Assembly (NCBI GenBank): GCA_964187785.1
Contig: OZ076415.1
Coordinates: 14,384,001-14,448,000 of the forward strand
From: Amphiscolops sp. MND2022
Taxonomy: Eukaryota
Reading direction: 5' to 3'
DNA length: 64,000 nt
Within the stretch, counting starts at the first letter, position 1, and each line of letters begins with the position of its first letter. A program made the translations under genes and the position numbers. Of the stretch, positions 24,715 to 36,599 are shown piece by piece. Under the pieces are notes generated by a model that saw nothing but the letters and a program-made list of their open reading frames with translations, was not told the DNA's origin and ran no database searches.

Positions 24715-25617
24715 CCCAGGTTGACCCCCATACTCAGAAATGTGAATCATACTATGTCATAGTATGATCATGGTGAAAAATGATCATCATAATATGGTCA
24801 TAGTATGGTCATACTATGACTAGCATGGCAACGATTGTGGTCAAAGAATGAGTGACCATGTTCGAAAAATTTCAAAAATTCGAAGTCCTCCAGCGGAAAA
24901 ATTTGAAATTTGAAATACATCAAAAAGTGACTCGTTGGCTTGTTCTTTGGTTTTGGAAGATCTAGGGTTACCTTAGTGGCCCGGGTAGCATTATTGACGC
25001 TTTTCGGCACTGCGTTTCCTGAAGCCGCTGGGATAAGTAAGATTTTTTTGGGATATTAGGAACGAATTTCAGGATTTCAAGGTGAAAAAAGCGCTTATTT
25101 TCGATAAGTTTTATTTTGCCCGTTTTAGATAATATTCTCAATTTATAGACGAAATTATGCATAAATTAGATACTCTTCTAAATGATTTAGCGATTTTAGA
25201 TTTTATTCTAGTCCTGAAATTTTAGATCTTATTCCCACCTCTACCAAAGTTATTTTTAGATTAAAATGACCAGGTTTTAGATCTGATTCCTATTTCAATA
25301 GCTGATTTCCATAATTTTGCAGCTATTTTGCCCAAGTTTTAGATCTTATTCTCAATTTAGAGACGAAATTATGCATAATTTAGATACTCTTCTAAATGAT
25401 TTAGTGATTTTAGATCTTATTCCCACCTCTGCCAAAGTTGTTTTCACTATGAAATATGATGGATCATACTATGAAACATGATGACCATAGTATGATCATA
25501 CTATGGAACATGGTCGCCATGGTACAGTCTTGGCATGATCATGATCATGGAATGACCATGATCATAGCATGATCATACTATGATCATAGCATGGTGAGTA
25601 TGGTTGGTCAACCTGGG
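24715..25617. mobile_element. Non-autonomous EnSpm/CACTA-like DNA transposon (CCC..GGG ends, 2-bp TSD TT)
   Basis: ~22-bp TIR CCCAGGTTGACC..CCATACTCA, subterminal CATAGTATGATCAT-type repeats at both ends, and an internal direct repeat (~25121-25260 and ~25335-25440). Confidence 0.8.
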
Positions 25618-25699
25618 TTGTAATTTGAAAAGTGACAAAGAAGTTCAAACAACTTTTCACAGAAACAGTAAAAATCTTGGCCTGCTGGTTGCTTAAATA

Positions 25700-27250
25700 T
25701 ATCTCACCCTAGTAGTTGGGAAAGTTTTCAAATGTGACAAACTTCAAATTCTTCCGACTTATTTCTCAACTACACGAGCTAAAAGTTTTAGGAACCTTCT
25801 GCCAAGAGACTGAGTGAGTTTTGTAAAAAAAATTCAACATCCTTTCCATACTTGTAGCGATCCACATCCTGGCTCAAAAAAAGTGTCAAAAAATCTTCAA
25901 AATTCTTGGAAAGGCCTCAATGTTTGCCTAGCAGCACTTATGAATAGCAAAAATGCAGTTAACTTGTTTATTTTTGCTGATGTTGTCTGCAGATTTCAGC
26001 TGGTTTCGTATTCTGCGGTCCCCGAACTTTTCTCTTCTCCGTGAGACACTATTTCACTCCGGTAAGCTTGCTTTGTTTTTTGCGGCACTTAAACTATCCC
26101 TGCATCAAGTGCCTGGAAAAGAAGCTTGCGATTATTTGCGCATCTACTTGAAAAAATAAACCTCCAGTTCTCAAGAGCGCAGTTTTTCTCTCGCTAGCTG
26201 AAAGAGTAGTTGCCGTTTGTCTGCTTGGCACAATTGAAACTAGTGTTTTTTGACCACGCCTTTCTTCACCTGACAACTCGGAAAGGTGTTGAAAAAGTTG
26301 ACGAGGATTGAAAAATTGTGAATGACCATCTGAACAAGTTTTGAAAAGTTGGCATAATTGTTCACACCGGGAGTGAACAATCGAAGTGTGTGTGATGACA
26401 AGGTGTAAAAAATGATAGAAAGTGAGACCCACTTAAAGAGAACTCTCGTAGTTCAAACTCCTTCTCTGCATTCGTGCAAGAGGAGAAACAAGATTTTCAA
26501 GTGTATACGAGCTGGTAAAGCCTACGTTGGATCCGCCCGAATAATTTCATACAAAACAATCATTTTTAGCACACTATTGGAGAAATGACTTCGGTATGCT
26601 TGATGTGTTTTTGAAACTAATACTTGAATGTTTCTTTTTCACTTAAATGTTGAATTCTTAGTTCAAATATAAACAATACTCTATCTTTTTCGAATCAAAA
26701 ACCAAGAGCTGCAATTCTTGAACTGATCGGTAAAACTTGAAGTTTCCGGTAAAAAACCTCTTTTAGAAATTTATCAAAGCAAATTAGATAATTTTTTTTA
26801 ATTTTTGGGATATATTCGTTAAAAGATTGCGTTTTGTCAGGAGCAAAAATATTCGCGACTCAGTGGTTGTCAAACTTCCCAAACAAAGCTTTGATAATGG
26901 CGATAGATTTCATTCCAATACCATTCTGTGTAGTTTATCGGTTGCTCATTGCTGAGAAAAGTCAAACGTAGTGTTCTGCTGGTTACGTGAGCGAAGCTAA
27001 CTTTGTCGAGACACAAAGATTTCGAACAAAATACGCGCTTCTGCGTCGTAGTCAATCGACAAGTTTGGACGAACTTCAACGTGTTGAAAATTTTCAAAAC
27101 AAGAAGCGCAGCGATTTTTTTGTTTACTACTAGAACAGAAAGTTTCCAAGGGGGACCTTCCATAGTGAAGAAGAGATTATTAATATACAACAAGCCGGGA
27201 ACGGCATAAGTCGGCGCCATTACTAAGGCTCAAAAATAGCAAAAGGAAAT
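25700..27250 (+). pseudogene. Possible decayed hAT-like transposase
   Basis: LLLCIRARGETRFSSVYELV (TRW-S-like motif, ~26460-26520) and a weak dimerisation-like segment (DFFVYY*NRKFP, ~27110-27160). Many stops. Confidence 0.3.
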
Positions 27251-27999
27251 GAAAGTGTCAAAAACCCAAAGTATCAAACTCACAAAAAGAGTATCAAACT
27301 CGCGAGAAACCCAAACGACGGAACTGGCGAGCCAGGGGGATCCTTTCGCATTTTTTGACATCCATGTTTGCAAAACATCAAAAAAAATGAAGGGGGACTT
27401 GGTGAAAAAAAAATCCGAAAAAAGTGTCACAATGCCAAAAAAACTGAAAGGGGTACCCTTTAGTCTCTCCCGGTAAGTAACCAAGTGAAAGGCAAATAAA
27501 TAGGTGAAAATTAACTTGAGAATTGTCAGCACAAGAATCACTTTTTCAAGAAAACAACAAAAGGTTCAGAAAGGACACTTTGGAGGAAGGAATCAATGAA
27601 AAAGTGCTCAGTGCGGAAAACCCGAAGGACGACCCTTTGCTATTGACAAGCCATGGATTATGGTCCTTGATACATTTTACAATTATTCCTAAACGATGTA
27701 AAAGCACCAACGAAGTGTAACAAACTGAAAAAAAAAGAGTGGAACCTTCGAGGAGAGGCTGCAAGATACCTTAGCTACTTCGAGACTCACCGAGAAAGCA
27801 GCTTTCAAAAAGCATTTTTGACTGTTTGTGTTTTTAACATACTCACGTGAACAAGTGATCCAAAATATAGTTGGATATTGCTTTATTTTCCGCCAGCACG
27901 GCGGAAGTAATGTTTGTTTCTACTTGTTAACGGTCGTTTCCAGAGAAAAGCACGACTCTCACAGTGGCTAGTTTTTTTTCCAGTAGCTTTGATCCGTCC

Positions 28000-28562
28000 A
28001 CTTTCACGGAGAACAAACAGATGGAGCGCAAATATTATTCATACTGAAAAGACTATTTGAACGAACAAGCACGCTATGTTCGATTTCTTGACGTTATATC
28101 CGAAGTAAGTTGCGTTTTACTAAAGAGGATATAGAGATTCAGGAAAAGCGCTTCAATTTTTTCAATCGAAGTGTCCCCTTTTGGTTTTCAGCAGGAACAA
28201 AGCGTTTTGCGAGCACAGAGTTCCACCTTCGGTTTTTCGGCACTTAACGAAAATTTTTCCCAGTTCTGGGTTTTTTGAGGATTTCTAGAAAGGAAGACAC
28301 CTTTCGAATTCCAAAGGGTGACCTCATAGATTATTATTTGGTCCTGTGGAACGAATGAGAGGTTACTCAATAATTGTGGAAATGACCTACGAGATTTTTC
28401 AGTACTGTGCGACTTTTTTTGAAAGCGTACCCCCTTTGTTTGGTGAAAGTGTACCTACCTTTTTGTTTTGTTACAGTGTTTTTTAAAATATCAGCATGAC
28501 ATCGAAAGGTCCTCAAGTTGTTCCACTTTGTTAGTGGTTTCATCTTGTCATGGAGAAACTCT
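28000..28562 (-). pseudogene. Possible Mutator-like transposase remnant split by the BEL insertion (continues at ~37435-37620)
   Basis: Joined across the AGTAT TSD it reads ..VHFHQT..RFQKK..LLSNLSFVPQDQI, resembling the MULE FH.Q..RK..L.AL.FVP pattern. Confidence 0.25.
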
Positions 28563-28567
28563 AGTAT

Positions 28568-29422
28568 TGTTCGGGACACGAACTAAATTAATTATGCTTT
28601 CATAGCAACCTTGAAAGAAGAGTAACTCGGATAACTCTTACGTAACCGTTCTCTTTGAACATAACAGGTCTTTAACGGTCATTCAGTTTTCGGGCTTTGC
28701 TTTTGCATTGATAAAAATGTTTTGCGTTTCGTGTTTACCAACGAACGTACCATTTCGGTCGTTCGTGCTCTTTTTTGGGTTCAGTGCTTACTGTCGCCTA
28801 CTGAACCCGGTTCTCGTTAGTTTTCGTACATAGATCGAACGTTCGTCGATACATGTCAATCACTTGAATGACATCTCAACAATTTTCATAGTGAGGTGCC
28901 TTCAGTTCAAACGTTACGTAATTTAATCATATTTCATTCAGTTCACCACGCCATACTGAAACAATGCTTTTGTGCAGCATGTTCAAATGTCTTTGAACTT
29001 GCTGGAATCGGTACAAAGCCTATTCAACTTGCGTTACCCTTTTACGGGTTTTAATCAATAAGTCAAGGAAAGAGTTGCTTCCCAGACAATGACTTGTCTG
29101 GTACCTGCTAAAGTAACTTTAACGTTTTGTGAATCCCTTCCTAGGACACTTAGAGTTGAAATAACATGGGAGACAGGCACTGCTCGGGTCAATCAAACAT
29201 TAAACTTTCACTGCTAGCTGCTGGTTCCTTCGTGAGCCGTAATCTTGTAACTAAGCCATAATTCCCATTCCTGTTAACTTTCTTTTAACTTAATATTCAA
29301 TGTAAACCAATTTTGCTTTATACTTGAACAACTAATCAATTAATTCTTCAATCCATTCATCAGCCTTTTATGCTCCCAAGTTAGCAGCCACAAACCCCCC
29401 TTTGTGCACGCGGGCACAAACA
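28568..29422 (+). repeat. BEL 5' LTR
   Basis: TGTTCGGGAC...CACAAACA; near-identical to 36576-37429. Confidence 0.97.
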
Positions 29423-29424
29423 TA

Positions 29425-29438
29425 CTCTACCAACTGAG
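29425..29438 (+). promoter_or_regulatory. Putative non-canonical primer-binding site complementary to the tRNA D-arm
   Basis: CTCTACCAACTGAG is the reverse complement of CTCAGTTGGTAGAG (tRNA nt 11-24). It lies 2 nt after the LTR end; there is no TGG until ~29452. Confidence 0.6.
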
Positions 29439-30752
29439 ATTCGCTTTCTTTTCTGGCTGTCTGGAGGAGTGACCGTTGTGAAGTCGTGATCGAAACAACA
29501 CTTTCGTTTGGTGGAGGACGTCAGGGCAAGGTTCTGGTTTCTTGGACTGGCCTTTTGTTTCTGGGTGGAGCACGTCAACCGTTCCGCTGGAAGATTCAGT
29601 CCCTACAACCTTTCGTAGTTCCTGTACTTATTTATTATCTTCAACTCCATCGTCGCAGCGTTGTTCGTCGCGGTAACGAGTTGGTGTTCGTCGCAGTAAC
29701 GACATGGGTTTGCGTCGCAGAAACGATGATGAGGAATGCAGTCGCCCGTTTGAGGGTCGTGAGTTGTGAACTTTGAACTTTGTTTTTGGCATCAGCGCCA
29801 TTTTTTTGTCCTTTCGTCTTTCCCTTTAGCCAGCATCAGCGCTGTACGTACTCTCAATTCCGAAAATCTTGCATTTTGTTTTTTGCTGTGTTTTTCTGTG
29901 CTGATTCACCCGAATTTTCTTGAAGCCTTTTCCATTTCATTGATTAGAAAAGTACTTATTTGAGCAAAACCGCTTTGAAAACTGAAAGCCCATTGTTTTG
30001 TGCTTTTATTTTTGAACGTTTCTGATTTTTTCCAAACCAAACGTTAATTTTCGCAGTTTGTATTCATTTTGGGCTCAGTTTTTGACTTTTCCTGTGATTT
30101 GCCATTGGTGCTGTTTTTTCACTTCATCGAGCCCTATGCTCCCTCATTAATTTTATTCGAGCCTTATGCTCTGTTAATCTCCTAATCGAGCTTTATGCTG
30201 TATTGATCACTTATCGAGCCATATGCTCTTTCATTCCCGTATTGAGCCTTATGCTCTTGTTTCCTTCACGTTACATGTTGCCTCCGTTTCCGTGCCTTGC
30301 CATTTTAGTAACCCGAATCAGTAGCTAGCTTGGGTTTTCGCAAATTTTGGGTGTAGTACCGTGTTTCTCATTTTTCTTCCTTTGTCCTCACATACGGGAT
30401 AACAAAACAAAGTTAGGACAGAAGTTTTTCTCTTTTTTTTTTGTTTTTGTACGGTAGCACAAGAGGCAGAGGTACAACTGGATGTACTCTAACTTTTGTT
30501 TCGGTAGCCTACAAAATTAGTTTCTTTTTCGGAACAAAAGGAGTTGATAGTGCACAAAGTACTCCAACTCCTGTTGTTTTCGGCTCTGACGGATCGCCCA
30601 CTGAAACTTTTTTTTGAATTTGAAATTTTTGAAATTTCAGTTTGAAGTTTGAGGATTGTGCGAGTACAGCTTTGTGTGTTGATTTTTTTTGTCAGTGTTT
30701 GATAAGCGAGTTTGAAAGCTTTTGAAAATAGTTGGTTGAGCGAACATTCGCA

Positions 30753-33700
30753 ATGCCAGAAAAGATTGAAAAACTTCTTTTGGATAGAGAAAAGTCTATA
30801 AAAAAGTTATTTGAGGCCCTTGATGCTCTCGATGACAATGTCAATCGAAGTTGCCGAAGAATAAAAGTACAGGCCTTGATTGACGAATGTGTCAACTTGC
30901 AACATATCGTTGCAGAGAAAAATACAAAGTTGTCAAAAAGTGATTCCGAAGGTGTTCGCGCAGAAGCAACTGCTAACGCGGAACAAGTGAATGATCGTTG
31001 TAAGCAATCGCTTGAAGAAGCACGTAACTATGTCTTTGCGCAGTCCCCAAAAAGTCAGAAATCAAAACAGTCTACCAAACGCTCCAAAACGTCTAGTAAA
31101 GCTCGCGCCCTAGTTGAATTGCAACTAGAACAAGAGGAGCTGGAAAGACAAGCTGAGGCGCAGAAAAAGTTATTAGAAGCTGAAATGCACATGAAAGCCT
31201 TACAAATTGAAGAAGCTACGCGTAAAAAGGTACAAGCTGCAAAAGATAAAGCTTGTTTAGCCAGCATTGAGGACGATGAGTCAGATAACGATCCGGAAGA
31301 GTCAGTGATTTCAGCAAAAGAGAATGCTGCTACTAAAACCGCAAAATGGGTCAATGACATAGTAGCAAATCGTGAAAGTACTGAAGTTCGTTCTGAACCG
31401 ATTTTGTCTTTTGCAAGAACGGCCGTTACCAGTGCTGGTAATTTTCCTCTTAGTAGTTCTTCAAATTTTGTACCAAACCAGCAAACAACTCAATTGAACT
31501 GTACTAGGAATCCACCTCCTGGCTTTGTGAACAAGCCGATCTTTTCGAATTGTGCCCCAGCTCAAAACGTGCAATTTCACGTACCAAATTCAACTACTAA
31601 TGCAGTTTCTACTTTGGTTCCTCCATCGAACCATGCACTTCCAACTGTGCAAACTGGATTACCTGCGGCGAACTTACAATCTTTTTTCGATACTCGTTTG
31701 TTTCAGGAATCTTTACCAAAACTTAATCTTGAATGTTTTTCGGGAGATCCATTGAAATGGCCCGAATGGAAGGGCATGTTCCAATCGACTTGTTGTCATC
31801 CATCTGTTTCAAATGATCACAAGATGCGATACTTGAAGCTTTTCACAGCCGGGAAAGCCAAAGCGACAATAGAGGGTTTTGGTTTTGGTGGTAATTTTTT
31901 CGAGCAAGCTTTCGCTGCCCTGCAGCGACGCTTTGGCTCACCCCACTTAGTCGTAGGTGCGCAAATAGACAAGATGAGTAGGCATCCGCCTGTCAAAATG
32001 CACAATTCGGAAGCGATCATTGAGTTCTCCCAGGCAGTGGATGCATTTGTATCCGTTCTCTCGTCCGAGCAGTATTTTAGTGACTTGCAATCCTCTAGTA
32101 ATTTGTCTCTTCTTGTGTCTAAACTCCCTATAAATCTTAGAGAACAGTGGTTCGCATTCACTGAGAACTCGAAATCTGCAGTGAATTTAGTTAGTTTTCG
32201 TGATTGGCTACAGAAGAAAGCGATGATTCATGAACGCCTTCTCTTATCATCTACAAAGACAGAAAAATGTGAACAAAAACCTGAAAGGGTTCGGAGAGCA
32301 AACGTCTTTGCAACTAGTGTCTCCAACTCAACCGATAAACAACGAAATAACCAACATTCATGTCCCCTTTGTCAGGGTAGTCATAAACTGTGGAAGTGCG
32401 GTGCATTTCTCGGCAAATCTGTTAAGCAACGAAGTACGTTCGCACGAGATAGTAAACTCTGTTTTGCTTGCCTTCAAGCCGGTCATATGTCTAAGGATTG
32501 TAAGATGGATTTGAAGTGCATCAAAAAAGGTTGCAAAAAGTCCCACAATGTTCTTTTACACATTGAAAACAGCGAGAAGTCTGGCAAAGCCACCGGAATA
32601 GCTACTGCGTCAGAAAACTCCATCGCTTCTTGTACTGTTGCGCAAGCTCGCAGAGGAGCCTTGCAGGTATTAGAAATTGGTTTGAGGAATGGTTCCTCTG
32701 AAGCAAAGGCTTGGGCACTTTGTGATACCGGGAGTACCCATTCGTGGGTGTCTGAGAAGTTGCGTTCTGACATGGGTTTGAAGGGTTCTCATGAAGTTGT
32801 TTTTGTTCGCGGTGTTACTGGGACCATTGAAGGTAGCACTCGTTGTGTAGATTTGGAACTTTTTTCGTTAGAGGATAACAAATTTGTTCCACTGAAATTT
32901 TCTGCTTTAGTGAGACCCGGTTTGTACTTGGGCAATGAAAAACTAGATCTTCGGAATCTCAAACATGATTGCTCGCATCTGAAACATGTTGTTGCTGACG
33001 TTATTGATTACTCCAAAATTTCAGTGATCCTTGGTCAAGATGTGTTCTCAGCCATCTGTCCTATTGGTTATAGTACTTCGGATAAACATTTTCCATGGGC
33101 CGTCCAGTTACCTATCGGTTGGGTTGTTAGCGGACCGCTGCCTAATTGCAAACAACTGAAGGAAAGTTGTTGCATGTTTTCTTCTACTGAAACCAATTCG
33201 GATAAAAGCGATGGATGCGCCGAACATTTGTCATCACAAGTGTCAAAGTGGTGGGCGCTTGAGTCCTACTCTTCGTTTGTCAATGTACAGCCGAGATCTA
33301 AAAGTGACAAACAGGCTTTGAAAATTTTGAACGAGACATGTCGCTTCAATGGTTCTCGTTATTCAGTTGGAATGCTGTGGCAAGCTGAACACATCAAACT
33401 GCCGAATAATTTTGGGCAAGCCAAAGCCCACCTATTAAGTCTCGAAAGACGATTAGAAAAAACTCCCGAAATCAAATCTCTTTATTCTGAAACAATAAAA
33501 GCAGACCTTGCCAAAGGTTATGTACGCAATCTGTCACTGGAGGAAGTAAAGTCCACTTCGAATTCGCAACAATGGTATCTTCCTCACCATCCCGTGCAAA
33601 ATCCACATAAACCTGATAAACTCAGGCGTGTTTGCAATGCTGCGTGCAGGTTCAGTGGAACTTCTTTGAATGATGTGTTGTTGCCCGGTCCAGATTTGTT

Positions 33701-36599
33701 GTGCGATCTTATTGGAATTTTGATACGGTTTCGTTTGTTCTCTGTTGCAGTGTGTGGAGACATAGAAGCAATGTTCATGCAAGTCGGAGTCCCTGTGCAA
33801 GAGCAGAATTTTCTAAGATTTTTGTGGCGGGAGGGTGTCTCTGATGAGATTAAAATTTTTCAATATACCCGACACATCTTCGGAGCGAAGTCTTCGCCAA
33901 CTTGCGCTAACTTTGCTGTGCAAAAAGTAGCAAGCGATAACAAAGATGATTTTCCTCAAGCCGCCGAATCGGTTTTCGACTCATTTTATGTCGATGATTT
34001 TTTGAAGTCTTTCGCATCAGCCGATAAAGCCATTGAAGTCATGACTCAGTTAGTTGAGATGATGAAACGGGGTGGGTTCAACTTGACCAAATTCATCACG
34101 AATAGCGAATCAGTATTTGAGTCAAAACACGAAGACATTGCTTTTGCAAATCCATCCTTTTCTGACGTTGGAAGTGTTAGCGTTCTTGGGCTCAACTGGG
34201 ATACGCGAGATGATACTTTTTCTGTGTCTCGTGGTGTTTCGAACGATCTTCCGGCCAAGTTAACCCAACGTAAAATTCTATCTTCAGTCTCTTCAGTTTA
34301 CGATCCGTTAGGCATCGTATACCCGTTCACCATTCGCGGTCGTTTAATCCTAAAAGAATTGTGGTGTTGCGTAGGACAGTCATGGGACACTGTCGTTCCG
34401 CAAAACATCAATGACTTGTTCCATGATTGGAACGGTGAGAAAGATGTCATTCCTAACGTGAAGTTAGCTCGTTGTATTTTTACTCAGCCCAGTCATTCAA
34501 ACATTGAACTTCACACTTTTGTTGATGCATCCCAAGCAGCCATGTGTGTTGTGGTTTATGTGCGATCCATGTGTAATGAAGAAGTGTTTGTGAATTTTGT
34601 AGTCGGGAAGTGCCGCGTTGCACCCATCCGTTCTAGCACGATACCGAAGCTTGAGTTACAAGCAGCCTTGATTGGCATGCGACTTTGTACAGCAGTCAAG
34701 TCCTTCTTGCCGTTCGATGTTGAACGTTGTTGGTTTTGGAGCGACAGTTCCACGGTCATTCATTGGATTTATTCCTCTCATAAAAAACTCGCAGTTTTCG
34801 TAGCAAATCGGGTCGCAGAAATCCTCGATAACACAACGGTTGATCAGTGGCGGTTTGTACCCGGAATTTCGAATCCTGCCGACCTTGGCACGAGAGGATT
34901 GAAGTGTAATGAAATAATGAGTACGGAGTGGCTCACTGGAGCCTCTTTTCTGAAACTTGACCGGAACCAGTGGCCGAAGACAGATCTTCCCATTCAGGAA
35001 AATTCACTTCTGACGGCAACAGTCGCCGGTGATTCTCTGTTGTCTTCAGTGTTTTCACACTTGTGGTCCAGGTTTTCGAGTTTTGCAAAAATTTGTCGAA
35101 TCGTAGCTTACGTCAAACGCTTCAGTGATCGATTATTGTCATCACGCGGTGGTAAGCAGTGCGAAGCTCAAGAGAGTAGTTGTTCTCTTTCCGCTCAGGA
35201 GTTATCATCGGCCGAACATGTGATTTGGGAACATGTTCAGGCAGAGTCTTTCAGTAATGAAATCAAAGCGTTGAAAAAAGAGCAACCCGTTGCGAACTCA
35301 TCCAGGATCGCTCCTTTGCTGCCATTTTTGTCAAGCGGGCTTTTGAGAGCCCAAGGCCGAATTCGGAAGGCTTCATTCCTTCCTTTTGAGCAGAAGCATC
35401 CTATTATACTTTCTGCCACCCATCCAGCGGTGAAAGCTTTTTTGCGCAAAGTTCATGTCACCGATAATTTCCATGAAGGCATTGAGTACCTACGGTCAGT
35501 AATACAACAAAGGTTTTGGATCCTCGGGTTGAGGTGTGAACTTAGACGGATTAAAATGAAATGTGTTTTGTGTAGTAAACGTCAGCCCAAGTCGCTTCAA
35601 CCGCAAATGGCTGACCTTCCAGTTGAGCGTTTGGGGTTCGACAAAATGCCATTCGCTTTCACTGGCATTGACTTCTTTGGTCCTTTTGAGATAAAACTTT
35701 GCCGTTCGTCGCATAAAAGATGGTGTTGTTTGTTCACGTGCCTCACCACAAGAGCCGTGCACATTGAGGTTTGTCATGGTCTCAGTACCGATTCTTGTTT
35801 ACTAGCCATACAAAGGTTCATTGCTCGCCGAGGTGTACCTTCATCTTTTGAATCAGATAATGGCACTAACTTTGTTGGGGCTGCTCGAGAGCTTCGAGAG
35901 TTTGCATCTTTGTTGAAAAATGATACAAGTATTCATTCATTTTTAGCTGAGCGTTCTTGTCATTGGAAGTTTAACCCACCAGCATCTCCTCATTTTGGAG
36001 GAGCATGAGAGAGACTCGTCCGGTCTTGTAAGAAGGCAATGTTTGCCGTGTTGTCGAGCCGTCGTCTCACTGAAGAGACGCTTTCAACCACCATGTGTCT
36101 TGTCGAACAAATTCTCAATGCCAGACCGTTGACAGCAATTAGTTCTGATCCCCAAGACCTTGAAGCATTAACCCCTAATCATTTTTTACTTAATCGCTCG
36201 ACTGTCTTTTTGCCTGTCGGTTTAACTCAACCTTCAGATTTCTCACATCGCCGTGTTTTTAAACAAGCCCAATCGCATGTTGACTGGGTATGGAAACGTT
36301 GGCTTTCGGACTATGTCCCGCAACTTCAGCGCCGTAGTAAATGGGTTTCTGATTCGTCTTGTCCCTTGGTTGTTGGTTCACTTGTTTGGATCGTGGATAG
36401 CGATAGTCCTAGAGGCTCTTACCCATTGGCGCGTGTTGATAAATTGCACTTGGGCGATGATGGTCGTGTCCGGTCCGCAACTTTAAAAACGAAGTCAGGT
36501 TCATTGGTTCGTCCTTTGGTGAAGCTTGTTCCTTTACCAGACATTGGCTCCTGTGACCAGGAACGGGGCCCGGGATGTTCGGGACACGAACTAAATTAA
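30753..36599 (+). CDS. BEL/Pao gag-pol polyprotein (~1950 aa) with one in-frame TGA at 36006-36008
   Basis: DUF1759-like gag (LECFSGDPLKWPEW), Cys/His knuckles, protease LCDTGS, RT DIEAMFMQV..FYVDDF, Pao RNase H LHTFVDASQ, integrase GIDFFGP..SDNGTNF..HFGGA*ERLV. The frame continues after the stop and into the 3' LTR. Confidence 0.95.

Noticed and set aside
29423-29440. Tf1-style self-priming of the BEL element
   Set aside because: I found no sequence complementary to the PBS-position motif within the 855-bp LTR.
30126-30256. CRISPR array (conserved repeats with unique spacers)
   Set aside because: Repeats (16 nt) and spacers (12-14 nt) are too short, there are no cas genes, and it sits in a eukaryotic retrotransposon leader.
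36006-36011. Programmed stop-codon readthrough or selenocysteine in the BEL integrase
   Set aside because: The position is a conserved Trp (TGG), the context TGA-G is not a typical readthrough context, and a single G-to-A change explains it.
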